From: Fimbriosthenelais zetlandica
Taxonomy: Eukaryota
Assembly: GCA_977030845.1 (NCBI GenBank)
Contig: OZ365114.1
Location: 19,034,001 to 19,098,000 of the forward strand
DNA length: 64,000 nucleotides
Direction of reading: 5' to 3'
The notes below the pieces were generated by a model that did no database searches, was not told the DNA's origin, and worked only from the letters and a program-made list of their open reading frames with translations. Numbering within the stretch: position 1 is the stretch's first letter; each line of letters starts with the position of its first letter. The position numbers were made by a program, and so were the translations under genes. Below are positions 26,750-41,500 of this stretch, in pieces.

Positions 26750-29100
26750 ATCTACTGTGAAATTATTATAACTTGTACAGATTACTAACAATCAGACAGA
26801 TTGTACCCCTCTCGTATTGCCAACACAAAGGGTCATCTGCTAGCTTTGGTTCACTTTAACTGTTACTATTATACTTTAAAGTGAATGTGTTTGTGGGTGC
26901 AGAACCAAGCTATTTCACATTAAATCATAGCCATCTAATGGGTCGTTGGATACCCAGATGCCAATTCACAATTATAGATAATTATATTCATATCGGCTGA
27001 CCTGATAGAATAATTTAATTTATTGATTCATTTAAAGACATTTTTCTTGGCTTGTACCTCCTCTTTCGGTGATTAAGTGTATAATTTGCATGATTAGTCT
27101 GCCTCTGCCATATATAATGCTTGTTTAAGAAAGTGAGCCACGAATTTGTCTATATGGCTAACACTTGGACAGTTTTACTTGGATTTGTTCAGGAGGGACA
27201 TAATTATGGGCATTCATTAGACCAAATGGAAACATGACATGATGGGTGGATTATTCTGTAGTTCTGGGAACAAGGGTATGAATTGAGACATGAAGATTTC
27301 AAACGGGTTGTAAAGAATGAATCTTGTGTGTAAACCGTGTAATTATGGTGCTTGATATAAAGGAATATACTCACATACTTTGTTACAATTTTCATGTATT
27401 TAAGACGCAATAATGATGTTGCCACATCCTTTGGAAAAATCATAATCAAACAGTTCAGTGTTATCACACTTGCTTGTATGCTAAAGAACCCCAACAATGG
27501 GTTCCTCATGGCAATCAATGACATCACTCACAATCAGAAAAAAATACGTTGTAAATAGCAGAAAAATCTGGGCGTCACTTGAATATTTAGCCTGATTTAT
27601 ACCACATGAAACTTGGTTTGCTTGAATAAGATTTTGGATGGTATGCATTTTGAGTGGGGACTATGAAAACTATGCATGAATAGGACTAGCCTACCATGAG
27701 GGTATTCCATTCATTCAATCAGCCCTGAAAACTATCACTAAGTTGTAAATTTGCGCTAAGGGTTGCAGTGTCTTAATTGTGATAAAGCTTTATGATATGT
27801 AGAATGTAGATGTACCCATTTCTATTGGAAAGAAAGATCATATCATATAGTTGAAAGAGGGTCCGAGAGAAATCGCATGAGTCCATCCGCTTTACCATTT
27901 CATACATCCCATTACATGCCATCCCAAAGCTTTGGGATTTAATTAATATCTGACAAGATGAGAGCTCCTATTGAATATTCTATAGTTTGATTTGTACATA
28001 AATGAAGGAACATAATATATTGCTAAGAAATCGAAATTGAGTGTATTAATTGAGCATAGTATTATTGTCTTATATCAGAAGGAAAATAGTAATCTTGCAT
28101 ATATATTAATAATATAAAGTGCCGCCATATGAATATGGGAAGATTGACTTAACTAGTTGTTTTATAACTAACCATTAATATTCTACCGTTACTATCGTTA
28201 CTAAGATTGTTACGTCCAATTCATTTATGGATACCAAGCTAAATCAATAAGAATATTTGTACATTATATAATATATGACTTCTTAGAGTGGTAATGCTAT
28301 TTAATTTAAAGAGATATTTGTAAATAATTAAAAACTACTCTACTTATTCCTGAAATGTTAAAACAAAGATAATTTATGTACCTTTTTAACCCTCAATTTA
28401 CAATAGGCCCTAATAATATGTTCATGTCGAAATGTATTAAACTGAGTTTGCAGTCCTGAACATCCTTTTAATTTGGTGTAATTCTGTATTTACAATTTCT
28501 ACTTTAGTTCTAGAAAGTTTTGTTCTAAGACTTATGTCCTTGTAGGCTAGGGACAGGACTCAAGAGAGGAAGAAATATTTCCTGCTCATTAATTTTGGAA
28601 ATATGTTTTCAGTGGTATAGCCTACTTTCCTATGCCACCAATAGGTATCCACCGTTTGTCAATAAAACAGTGATGCAAAATGATCCGTAATTCTTATTTC
28701 CCACCTTACAAAGTACAAAGGCGAATCCCCTTGGGGGAACACTAGACCGGACTTGGTATATAGTCTAGACCTACTATTTATTAAACGAACCATTAAAATA
28801 AATGAGTCGGCCTATGTTTAAGAAGTGTCTAAAATAGTATAGTTGAGTAACTGTAAAACAGCGCCATTTAACTTAGTGGCCACGAGTTGAACTAAGGTTA
28901 GCAGATATGCTCACACTGGGGCCTCCAGTTAACCAGCTCTGGCCTGCCACCTCGTGTCAGTCCAGGACACCACAAGGAACTCCTGGATCGGGAGTAAAAC
29001 AGATCTACAATATTGATGAGTGCAGTAAATGCTAAAATAAAGGAACAATTAAATTAGGACTGGATGGATTTGGGTTTGACCAATTGAACTCTGGTTATGA
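26750..29100 (-). mobile_element. Decayed CR1-like LINE relic
   Basis: Minus strand: KLADD (26832-26846), SGYPTT (~26940-26958, cf. SGVPQG), RNPLLGFFS in ORF 27204-27527. The upstream extent is uncertain. Confidence 0.4.
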
Positions 29101-29251
29101 AATCGGTAGATTACCTTTATTTAGGCCTAGTGTTTCTGAAATTTTTGCCTTAAAATAATTATACCCCCTCGCTTCCCCACCGAACCCAAGTGATTTTCTC
29201 TATTGAGGCCCCCTTCATCCCCAGGGAGTTGAAAATGAACTGAAATATGAG

Positions 29252-29472
29252 GTTCAGTGCTGATTGGCTGTATCTCAGAGAGCGGGAAAACTTTCGCGCG
29301 GAGACAGTTCAGTTGTGATTGGCTGAATCTGACAGAGCGGCAAAATTTTCGCGCGGAGACAGTTCAGTGTTGATTGGCTGAATCTCAAAGAGCGGGAAAA
29401 TTTTCGCGCGGAGAGAGTTCAGTGTTGATTGGCTGAGTCTCACAGAGCGGGAAAAACTTTCGCCCGGGGACA
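29252..29472. repeat. Tandem repeat, 4 x ~55 bp
   Basis: Units 29252-29306, 29307-29361, 29362-29416 and 29417-29472. Consensus GTTCAGTGTTGATTGGCTGAATCTCACAGAGCGGGAAAATTTTCGCGCGGAGACA. Confidence 0.95.
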
Positions 29473-29540
29473 GGAGGCGCATGCGTAGGCGTACTGTCGT
29501 GGCACGTGACGTCAGAGCCAAGTGCTCCAACGGCAGAGAT
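29252..29540 (+). promoter_or_regulatory. CpG-rich promoter with NF-Y, E2F, NRF1, E-box/CRE and MYB-like motifs
   Basis: Four TGATTGGCTG (reverse CCAAT) boxes and paired GCGGGAAA / TTTCGCGC E2F-type sites. GCGCATGCGT at ~29477-29486, overlapping CACGTG / TGACGTCA at ~29503-29514, CAACGG at 29528-29533. Motif matches only. Confidence 0.7.
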
Positions 29541-29616
29541 CGCTTTTCATTATGCAGTCTTGGAGAGTTAACATCAGGTGGCGTCACAGAATAGTCTCAG
29601 GGATTGCACATTAGGC

Positions 29617-29698
29617 ATGTTTAATGTTTACATATACTCCTTAACTGTGGTAGGCCTACTACACAGTGTCCATAGTTTTCACTTAACCACTTATATCA
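29617..29698 (+). CDS. Candidate first (signal-peptide) exon of LRP-B
   Basis: Encodes MFNVYIYSLTVVGLLHSVHSFHLTTYI, a hydrophobic core with a VHS|F cleavage-like site. It ends in a phase-1 donor (A|GTATTC, weak) matching the phase-1 acceptor at 38520, and lies just downstream of the promoter. Confidence 0.5.
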
Positions 29699-30399
29699 GT
29701 ATTCGAATAAATGAGGCCCACCACACCCATATTATAGTTTGCAACAATGGACAACATTCCTCTCCTTAAAATGAACTGCCCAAGGCCTCTTGCATGAAAA
29801 CCATTCTAGCGTCCAAAAAAACTAGTAAGACACATTCCTCTACTTTTGAGGAATCAGTGTTCAACCCTTATAATATAGGGTGGCTTACATATTTTTTAGG
29901 AGTTTGGACACTAGCATTGAGGGCCATTACATATTTATTTCACTCCTCTTTGTTCTTGAACAATAAATTTCAAACTCAAAGAAAGTATCTGTTTGAGAGT
30001 CAGTGGGGAGATACTTTCAGTAAAGCATCGTGCTACACAATGTGTCTAGTCGTTCCTTTGGCAACAAAACGCATAACAACAAGAGAGGATAAATTATTCA
30101 GGCCATCTAGTGGTTAGACCTAAAAGAGCCTGTTGCTATGTCTACCCTGTAAATAATCAGGTACTCAGACAATGGTAGAATTACTAACAATAATTTTACT
30201 TCACTGAATTATTGAGGGAGTGAAAATATCAATGATTCCATATCCGGTTCTTGACAGGGCCCTTTATATGACTTACACAAAAGGCAGTTCCATCCTAATC
30301 ATAGACCTACATATTTATGATGCATTGGAATGGAGAAGAATTGGGTCTTTTATGGGACATTTATTCATGTTAGAATCTATTCAATGCAGACACCTACAT

Positions 30400-31700
30400 C
30401 ATTTGATCCCATTCTGCAGAAAATTGAAAATAATGGGAGAGACATGGTCGTGAGTTCCAGTTTTTCATGATCTGTGTAGAGACTATAATGCATTCCATCA
30501 TTATTTCAAACGAAATGTCAAATAGACATGCATAGCCATTTATAATATGGACGGGTTTTGAGAGGAGGATACTAAAATTATCATTATGATAATAAAAGTT
30601 GAATTTCTGATATTACGAAACAAAGACACAATATTTAATATTATTCTCTCTTAAGAGTACATTGGAGAGGCAATGCATGCATGGGTAACTATATCCCCTC
30701 TCCCGCTGTTTACCGTGTAAACTCCACGAGAGATCCTTTTCCTGGGAAAGAAAGGACAACCATCTACATCAAGCTTCATAAAATGGGCCCTAGCAAAGAA
30801 AAGGTACATTCACATGTGAAGGGACAGTATTAAGAATGTCAGTTATTTCCTTCGCTAAAGGAAGACACCGTAGTGCTCAATTGCAGGCTTCCCATGCATC
30901 CTCCAAACACCTTTTTGGGACCAATTACATAACTCCGGAAATCTGAGCCGGAAACTCATTGTTTAGAGGTTAAAAACAAAGAGTGCAAAAGTGCATCTTG
31001 ATTTCGTCACGCTTCAACACCTGTCTCACTTTTCCGTGTCCATCTAAGGAACATGAAAAATGTCTTTTTAGACCTGATCAGGTCATCAGGTCACCTGGAT
31101 TTAAAGGAATCCCCAGCCCCATAATTTCACTGTGAACCCAGTCCAAAGGGCCCGAGCAATGTGATAAATGTATAAAGCGTGCAAGTAGTCATAAGACTCA
31201 AATGAGGTGTTCTTGTGTGGCAGATATTTGTCAATCTTTCCAGGTCATGCTTTTGGCATCCTCAATGATGCCTTTGTGAGTGTAGGAGAAGGCTGTGGAT
31301 TTGGATGGCTCCCCGCAACCATGGCCACAATCAGGCCAGGGTCCCTCACATCCCGCCCCTTCTATTACAGCTATGTTCCTACACCTTCATGTTCCACGGG
31401 TCACCTCTTTTACTCATCCAGGTCACCTGATTTTCATATGGGGGCCTGAGGGCTCAAGTGCAAGCTATTCTTGTTTCATGTATCTACAGTTGAGATCAGC
31501 TGTCTCAGATATGCTTCCCAAAAGATGTCAAGATTTTTGTGGCCGGAGCATTTCAACAGTTAAAGATTCTTATGTCACTAGCTTTTCCGAAGTCTTGAGT
31601 TGAAAAGTGGCAGCTTTCAGTGAGCTGTCCAAACCTAAGTTTGGAGGGGAAAGGGACAACAATAGGCAGGACATTAAATACAGAAGAGTGAGCAACGTAT
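30400..31700 (-). mobile_element. Decayed LINE RT relic
   Basis: Minus strand LGPIL at 30779-30793 (cf. QGSVLGPILF). The rest is degenerate. Confidence 0.35.
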
Positions 31701-32299
31701 AAAAAATGGAGCCAAAAAGTCAGGAAGATATATTCCTTAAGAGATATTTCAAAGAAAAGGGTCGCTTGCTCAAAGGAATCCAATTATCTGTCTCTGTGTC
31801 ACCTTGAATAGTATCGATTAAATTTAATGGGATGACTGAATTTATTAAATAAATCTTTAGCGACTTTATCACATACGCCACACCAACGGGTCGAGACAAT
31901 GGTTTATGTCATTATAGGGACTCCCAAATTCTATAGTCCTGACAAATTCCATACAGGTACAGAACGTGTTTATTATTCGTCCCCAGTCATTATATTATAA
32001 GTATAACAGCTTTAAAATGAATCTATTGCGTTTTGGCACACTTATGGCATTATGAAGGTCAGATGACATTGCCAGTGACAAAAATAGATATGCCAGAAAT
32101 CACGATTTAGGAATTTCAAAATCACAACTTCATAAAGGCAATATTAAGATACCTGTTTTAAAATGAACCCAATGGGACATCTGTCTCAGTCAAATTTATC
32201 AGAGTGAAACCATTTTTTTCTATTTCAATAAGAAAGATGGACGACTTAAAGAATGTCATTAATAATAAATTTCAGTCGTGCCTGGATCAACATCGTTGG

Positions 32300-35200
32300 A
32301 ATCTTTTTTCTTTGTGTACGTGGTTACCTGCCAGAGATTTTGATTACAATTTAAAAACATATAAATACTTTTTAAAGACCTAATTTATCATTGATTAACT
32401 CAAGATTTAAATGTATCCGACCCAAATATATCTAGGTTCTGGTATGTCTTGGCTGAAAATTAGTTTCATGTCATGACACTGGAGAATTCTGTACAGATAG
32501 CCCTATATATGCAGCTTGGCTAAAAATTAAAAAAACATCTTACGGTTCATTTTAAAATAATGGACTGCTGTCTGACTAGAGCTGAATGACTTGATCTATG
32601 TGCTCAGTAAGCTATGTGCTCAGTCTCGTGCTCTTTCGGTTGAGGTATAGCAGAGCCACCCTCAGCGAACCATTCAGTATAGAAGGCTGGATTTCTAGGT
32701 TCGCCCTCAGCCAAGCGTGTCCACCATAACAAATACAAGGGATCCATGCGCTTCTCCTCCATACTCACCTGTCTCTCTCTCCAGTGCTTAAGGATTTCTA
32801 CAGCACACGAGGCATTTATGTACATATATGAGTTAGAACAGGTTTCGTTTTATCTATCCTACACGGACTTCAAACTGAGATTGACAAATTACCCGGACCC
32901 CTCGGATTTCATGCAACCCCTGCAATCTGAGAATATAATAAGAGGTTTTGATCCTCAAAATGAAAGGATTTGGTCTTTTACTAGTGATTGTTTTACTGCA
33001 TTTGCGTGGAGGATTCTCTGACCCAGGTAAGCTCTATTGACTTGCATATTAACTAGGCTTTGTTTTAGATAGGGATTAGAATTAGATCATTATCATTTAA
33101 CACAAATCCCTTTGCCAGTTTTCTTGCATCATCACTGAACGCCAAAATAGAGGAGGGGAAAAAGCAAAAGAATTTTAATCAAGTAGAGTCTTGTATAATT
33201 ATATGAGACATTATTATACAATTCATGAAGGAAAACACTAATATCCATAATAATAAGGTGATATTTAAAGTAAATCTGGCAAAGGAGATATTAATTATAG
33301 AAGTAATTGCACCAAACTGGTGATGCATATGACACAGTGCATTTATATGGATGACATAATTATTCTATTATGCACAATGGGAAATGAAGGGAGATAATTA
33401 TAGCTCAACATGGGTTTAGTGGAATAGAAGCACTGGGTTTCAATGCAAGGTGAATAAATCTATAATAGGTTAATGGGAATTACACAGTCTTAGCTTTAGG
33501 AACTAACATCTTAGAACTCACTTATACTTAGTCTTTGGAATTTCTTGGTTAAAACTATTCTTTACGGCAATTATTATCATTGTATATGAAATAACATAGT
33601 GTTAATACCGAAATGCAAGGTCAAAGTCATTTAAAGATGATCGTGTGAAATGATTTAGATGGCATCTAAATTTCTAACGCTTGGACCTGTGTATACCTCA
33701 TATAGATTATTATACTTCACTGGATCCTGATCCTCCTCCTCAAGGTGAGATTAAACAGATCTTTGTGAGTTAAGTCTCAGACAAAAAGAGATTCACTTTA
33801 CAATGCATGGTCTCTTCTCATATAAGCTCCCATATATATGGCGGACCTCACTGACTCCTGCCTCTCATTTTATTCACCCTTTGTGTCTAGTCTCTAGATC
33901 ATGTTGCATTTTACAGAATATTTTATATATCCTCTAAAGGTTTACATCTGGTTTTCATCTGCCATTTTTATTTGGGATTGATTATGCATATATATTATTT
34001 TTCTTTTATTTCTGGCAAGTACATAGTATTTGTACATATTGTGGTAAATTTCTGCATAAAAAAGATACTGTAAATTCTGTGATCTGCATTGTAAGGAATT
34101 CAAGTGACAGATCTCAATATACAATGGCAATGTGAAGCTAGAAAAACCTGTAGCGGATGTATTCTATAAAGCCTTTATTCTTGCTTCAGGTTGCCTGTTT
34201 TTCATTTTGTGCTTTCCCTTTACTTCTAATATCTTCCGATCCTTGACAGCATAGTTGTTTTTGGATCGATAGATCCATTGCAACCGAAACAGTTCTTGGG
34301 CAAGATCTAGGAGTTTTGATGCATGCAGTTTATGCATAGTTTATACATGTTGTATAGTAGGGGTAGATGAGGCAGTGCACCATGTGCAGCTCCATTATTG
34401 ATGTCGATATTCCCAGCACTATCACTGGATGTTAAAATCCAAGGGGCAAAAATGGGGGACAAATTAGACCCAATAGAAATAGGAATTCAAAATATTCTAT
34501 GGACTTGGTCCAAAGAACTTTATGGGCATCCATCATCTTGGCTCACTCGGTCCAAAACCACTTATTGCTGTCAGGGAAATGTTTCCAATGGTAATGGTGT
34601 TTTATGATGTCATTGTATTAAGCGTTATCATCTGTGTTTATAAACTTACTCTGTGAGCATCTTGATAACTTCAGTGTTAAAATGCCAATAATGTTGAAAT
34701 AATCAATGCCTTCCCAGTATACCATTTACATGTGCTAAACTTCAAATGTACTTTGTTATAAAATTGCTTCAGGCACCAAGCACACGAGCAATTAAATAAT
34801 CATGTTTTCACCTTTCCATCTCGTGATGTAGCTATTTGACTAAGTATGCTTTACACCAATTTCTTCTTTTTATCCATTACTTATATGTTTGCTATCTTGA
34901 AGTATAAGCCATCTATTTGACCACACCTTTTGACATTGTTTAGGAACCATTCATTGTTTTCCCAAGGACAGTCCACGGCGGGTGTGAGAAAAGGAAGGCA
35001 TAGGATATAATGACTGGCCTTTACTTATTGTGATGCATGGATATTATGGACATGTGCTAGTATGACCCTTGGACGGTCTAAGTAGTACTTTGCATGGGAC
35101 CTTTAAGCATGCAAGCATTGCTTCGTATTTGCTGGATCCCATGGATCTTGGCCTGCACGGAAAACTGAGTGTGTGAGGGGATTGATACACATCCTTAAGC

Positions 35201-36900
35201 GCCTTAACTCCCCCAATGAAGGCAAAGATAAATTGCCTGGGAAATGATCTCTTTGTTGCCTCTACTTCACAGTCTATACGTCAAGAGTTGTAGGCCTCAT
35301 GCCTACTAACTTCGTTAGTCGTCAAGTATTTACACACAGTCCTACTCGAGAATGACTGAACAATATTTTTCAGATAAATCTCGCTTACTTACACTAGTTT
35401 TTCTCAAAGAATTTCAGTTTTTTTCATTAAAAAAATGAATATGGAAAACTGTTCAAAGCATGGTGATTAATAACCCATCCATTCATTAGATCTATATCAA
35501 AGTCATGGGAAAACTGGTTCTATTAAATAGGGGACTCCACTTAAAATTCTTTCTGGATCCCCTGGAGAAGGACTCAAAATTCCGAGATTCGATTGAAGTT
35601 TAAGATATACTCTTCTTCAAAGACTGAATCTCAATCTCCTCTGGATGTCAAGGTTTAAAGACCTTTTCACTCTCAAAGGATTCTAGGTGAAGGGAATTCT
35701 TATTATAGGGTGAGATACTGCGCAGCAGTATTTATTGCGCGCTTATGGACATTAACATCCCCAGGGTTCCTCAGAGGGTGTACCCTAATACTAATTCCAA
35801 TCCTGATGCTAATTGATGATTCGTATTATAAGAAGATAGACCCCAAACCCACCTATATTATATATTAGTTTATTCTATACTTTGTTGGAAGTCAATATAC
35901 CCCATAGCAGGTAAATGTTTGCCCTTTGTCATGACCCAATGGTCATCTAAGGTGAGCTGACCTCATATTCACTTCCCTGTATCATGTCCTTCTCATGCTT
36001 TGTCAATTGCCCCCCATATGTGTTTGCATTAAGTTAACAATGAAAAAGTAAGACAGATCTCCCCAAATCCCCTTATGACCAGAATGTGAATGATGAGGTT
36101 CAATTGTCATTCAAATCTGTCACCAATTCACCTCATTCCTCCCTCATTACTTCCCTTAATTTATACAATTGTGTGTCCTTGTCTTACCCACAATTAATTG
36201 GGACTCAATCAATAATCCTTTCAGAATAAAATCAAAATATTTCAGATATAAATAAAGCTGGAGCAGTGAATGAACAAAGGAAGGAGTCCAGACCATAGTT
36301 CTCAAAGGTGTAAACCGTAGCTGTGAAGAACACAAAAATACTGTATTTATTTCTGATGCTAGATAAACCTCGAGTTAACCCGAATTATCGAAAGCAATTG
36401 AAATGGATAAGGGTTAATGGCCCATCAGTTTGGTCTCTGAGATGGTGTACCCTGTTTGAATACATTTAGAGGGTTCAGAGGAGCGTGACACCAGCCATTA
36501 CGGGTTATTTACGTGTAAGATGGCTAGAATCTGTCATAATTCACACAAAGGAGCCAGGGCTCCATCACATTAGGCGTTGGTACCCGTCCTTGGTCGTTGC
36601 TTCTCTGGACTCCCTCCCTTGACAGATTCATGAGAGATGGGAAGTAATAAGCTAACCTTGGCACACATACTGTCCCAAATGGTTGTACAATGTTAAAATA
36701 TGTTATCTATAATAGCAGATGTCTGCCAAACCAGCACATCTATACACAAGATAACAGCTGATGATATACTGTTGTTGGGTCACTCAGTTATTGACAAATT
36801 GTCAATTTCTTTTAGACCTACTTCAAGTATGTGCCTATACATCAAATGGTTATCAAAAATTAACCTACTGGTTTAAACGTGATTATTAATAATGCAAGTA
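32300..36900 (-). mobile_element. One or more decayed LINE RT relics
   Basis: Minus strand: EGEPRNPAFY in ORF 32604-32825, DPAN (35127-35138) and QDDGCP (~34523-34540, cf. QGCP). Weak, frameshifted matches. Confidence 0.3.
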
Positions 36901-38519
36901 ATGTCAGTGTGTCCACAATATTTACAATCCTTGTAATAGGACAGAACGAGAGATGGCTATTCAAAGGATTCTTTTAGTACAACCTGTTCGGCATATGCAA
37001 GACAAAGAAATCATTTTTGTGCCCCGACTTTTGGAATACAATGCTTTCTGTTTCTTTTCCTATGATGGCCTTGGGCAGGAAGCATTGTGCGTGTTCCTTG
37101 AGGTCAGAACCAAGGGGAAGCTTTGTCTGCCAGAGACCTGTATACATACTCAAGAATGCCATGATTAACACCAAATCAATGCTTGATTTGAATTAAATAG
37201 GAAGTAGCCTGTTCTCTTCGCAGTCAAAAGTTTCACATGCACTCCGCTGAACTGATCGAGATTAACCCATATGATTGTGAACACATGTTCTTTCAAGGGA
37301 ACATAAAAAGTAGGTTTATGTAACTTGGTGAAAAGTCCGTGCACTATTTGAATTGAAAATCACTCGTCATCTCATGATCTCGGATGACTGCATGCTCTTA
37401 CGTTTACGTGTGTAAGAGCATACAATGTAATTATTAATCTCAATAGATAAGACAAGATGGTAATAAATCAAGAGTATTTGGCAGGTTAACATTGTCCTCA
37501 ACATTAAGGTCACTTGGGTACAAATGATGAGGGATCCCCTGTTAGTGAAGTGAATGGAATGCGGCGGGTCTTTCCTTTACAGGAGATAATTCACCCCATA
37601 AGTGCACAAGTAAGAGATGGATAGAAGTAGGTTCATTGGCCCAATCCCAACTGTAAGTGCGTTCACAATCCACAATCCAACCTTAATAAAGTGGGTATTT
37701 CCTTAGCATATTTTAGTTAAACCTTCAGATTTGATCATTATATAAGATTGGATTTAATAATCCTAGAATATTTGAAATCATCAAAGCAATCAAACCAATA
37801 CTAGGGGAAATGATCCTACGGGACTAATGGGGCCCCCACTGCTGGCTGAGGACAAAGGCAGTCCTATTCATGCCACTGACATCGCCTTATGACCAGCATA
37901 AAGTGCATTTTACAACAGGACAGTTAAACAATATTACCCTGATCTGCTGGTCTATGAATAGCACACTTCTCAGACAACCAGGGGAGACATGTAACTGTCA
38001 ACATGTCATTAAAGTATGACAGTGTGAAAACCGTCATCATTTGACACAGTGACACCCTATCTTCAAAACATTCTTTGCGTGGCTTCAGTTGTATTGTATA
38101 TTTTTTTTACAGCCAAGTACCCATTTGTCCTTACTTGGCCCTATACTAAAAGGTCTAAGAGCTGTCAAAGGAGGACAGTGGTAATGAATAAAACCTATTA
38201 TGTGTATACATGTGTACAGAACATTGACAAAAATCTAACCAACTTCAACTCAAACCCCATATTTAACTATGAATTAATATGACAACTCCTGAAATAATAT
38301 GTATAATTGCATACCATCGTGAAATGACATTATAATATTAACTTTGAATGTCCAATTTGAGGGAGAAATCCACTGGGTCACAATATATAACAGGCAAGGT
38401 GCAAACAGAGCAAAGATAACTACAATATTGGAGTTTCATTTAGGAGTACTTTCATGTACATATATTTTGAGGCATAAATAAATATTAATTGCTTGGGTCA
38501 ATGTGATCTTTCATTCAAG

Positions 38520-41500
38520 TGTATCATGAGCTAATGCTGATGTGGACAGAGATGGCACCAGATAACAGAGTACAAGTGGTCGCCATAGAAGGGGAGCCAG
38601 AAGGCTGGATCGAGTCCCAGAGTCCCAGGATAATTGGAGAGAACGCGGCCCCCAACAGTTCGTCCCTCTATTCCTCCAGGATAGCCTTGGGCTTTAATTA
38701 TGCCAAGCAAGAAGTCTACTGGAGCGACATTGGCTTTAAGGTAGAAAATCTGTTATAACTCTAAAATATGATATACATGTACTGACACTAATACCAACTT
38801 GAGGCCTAATGCTTAACTTAGAAATAAAACCTGACATGTGCCATACTAATTATTATAAGGATATCAATCAACAGTGCCAACAGAACTTCGGGAAAACTTC
38901 CTGTGCAGTATTGGGATGATGACCTGGTTTTCAATTCTATGTTTTTTTTAGGAAATCCACAAAACTGTACTTGCTACCAAAGACCCCAAGGCAAGTGATA
39001 CTCCAGCGAGCCTGGCTAGAAGGGCCAGTGTTCAAAAAGTCTACTCTGGGACCTCACAGGAGGTGAATGGACTGGCAGTGGACTGGCTGAGTGGCAGTGT
39101 GTACTGGACAGATGCCCTCTACAACTGGATTAGTGTGGCCTCAGGTGCAAACAGTGAAATCCACCGTCAACTTGTACTGACAGGACTAGACAAACCCATG
39201 GGATTAGTTCTTCATCCAATCAAAGGGTATGCTTTCATCTCCTCATCATAACAATATATATAACTTCAATTATCAATGCACTTTATGTCTAAAAAGGGCC
39301 TTGGTCTCTGATTTGATCATTTCTTCTGCTTTTATATTCACAGGACCATGTACTGGAGTGATTGGGGAGCAATACCAAAGATTGAAGCAGCTACACTCTC
39401 AGGTGAAAATAGAAGGACCCTGCTAGACACAAGTCTAGACCGCCCATTAGGTCTGGTCATAGACTTCAGTACTAACGACCTTTTCTGGGTGGATGACTTT
39501 CTTGATACTATTGACGTCCTTAACCTCGACACTGGCAGCAGAAGAGCTTTTAAAACAAATGAGGGCAACCGACCAGGTCCAGCCTCCTACTTCAGTATAG
39601 CCCTCTATGAGGTAATGTGAATTTTATTTTAAAATAAAAGAAAGACTTATAAACATTTGAGTTGCAGGGTATTTCGAAGAGGTTGAATGAAAATCATGAA
39701 TTTTATAAACATTAATAATAGCATGGATTGTAAAAGAATATATTACTTGGAGAAAGTATATACTTTCTCCAAGAGATACATACATGTACATGTTCTTTTA
39801 TGTAATATTATGCAGAGTCGTTAAACTTGGTAGTTATGGTAAGCTTTCAGTAATTACTTTTGGAAGACCGCCCCTTCCTTTTTGCCTCTGCCTAATTCTC
39901 ACGAATGTTATGTCAGTAGTACTCTGGCTTTAGAAAGAATTCTGAGATAAACTGAATTGTTCCTGCGTGTGCTATTTTTAGGCAAAGTGTTAGGCCTACA
40001 CAACTAACTTTCAAGTTAGCAAAGAACTTCGAGAAGAAGAGCTCCAAGAAGTTTACCGTCTCATTTAGCAGGGTTGGTGGGTAACCATCTATGTGAAATC
40101 GTAATGAAGTGTCTCTTTTCATCTCCTCCACCAGAATTACCTATTCGTGACAGACCAATTGAAGAAGATCATTCAGGTGTTCAACAAGACATCTGCAGGA
40201 CATATCCAAGACATTTTCCTGGGCCGGGTGCCATATGACATTATCATGTACGACCAGAGTCAACAAAAACAAATATCATGTAAGTCTCAACTTATAGATA
40301 AGCCAAAATACTAACAATTCAGGCTTTTAAAATGATGCTAAACCATAAATATAATAGAGCTTGAGGGGTGTTTTCGTTAGGGAATGGTGAAAACTTACTT
40401 TCAGCAAAGGATAAAATATTTAACTTCGATGGTTTCCTGGTAATCAATATGATTACTTCATCAGCTGAGTTATCCGCAAATTAAAAGAATAATGCTTTAA
40501 AATAATAACTTTTCAGCTGAATGTCACACGTTAAAATGTCATCATATGTGTGTGAGTACTGGACAAGGGAAAGGACATTGCATCTGCGCCAATGGCTATC
40601 ATCTTACCTCTGACAATAGAACATGCAAAGGTACGTAGACAGACACATTTCAAACTGAATAAGCAATTATGGAGCTAAACCAAGTGATATTTCTGATTGA
40701 TTATCATCCTTGATTCAATGGATAAAGCTCTTATGTCACATCTACGACTATTTAGCCAACAAATCCATATTGCAAGAACTGTGGGAAGCAGATTAGCTAA
40801 GACTATTTGATCTATCATCCCTACATGATTATGTCTATATCTTTGCAGCCAGTGGGGGTATTCGTGATCCAATGTTCGTGTACACAATAGGAAAATCTAT
40901 ATGTGCCACCCCCGTCAACGTGCCGGACAGGGAGTTCGTGGACCTTCAGAGGGACGTTCGCTGCTTCCTCAATGGAACTGGGTATGTCCTCTACTCTATT
41001 ATTTATCTCTACATGTATAGCTCTTTTCTCCCGGGATAACCGGGGCATGACCTGCACAATTGAAGCAGGACAGAATAAGAGATTTTGATTTACAGAGCGA
41101 ATTTATGTCGGTCAAACAATCAATGAATGGGTGAATAAAATGGGAGCAATGTCTAACATTCCTCATATTAATGCTGGTTTTGCAGAAGTGTTTACTAATA
41201 TCAAATCTCATAATATATCAAATGAATATATCTCACATATACATACATATCATCTATTGTCATATATCTTTCCATCCATTTGGAAAAATGAAATATAAAA
41301 TTTAATTGACAGAAATGCGGTGGCAATGGCAGCTGATGTGAATGGAAAGTCAGTCTTTTACTCTGACAGAGTGAAGGGCACTATCACCAGAGTGAGACTC
41401 ACATTGGAAGCCCGTACAGATATCATTACTGCTCAGACAGGTGATGTTAAAGGTGTGATCATTATTATAAAGTGAAACATTAACTTTGTAAGATCAACAA

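Noticed and set aside
29252-29472. CRISPR-like interpretation of the 55-bp repeats
   Set aside because: The units are contiguous with no unique spacers, the context is eukaryotic, and no cas genes are present.
40135-40279. Suspected frameshift in an LRP-B exon
   Set aside because: On re-reading, the frame is intact (NKTSAGHIQDIFLGRVPYDIIMYD); there is no evidence of pseudogenisation.
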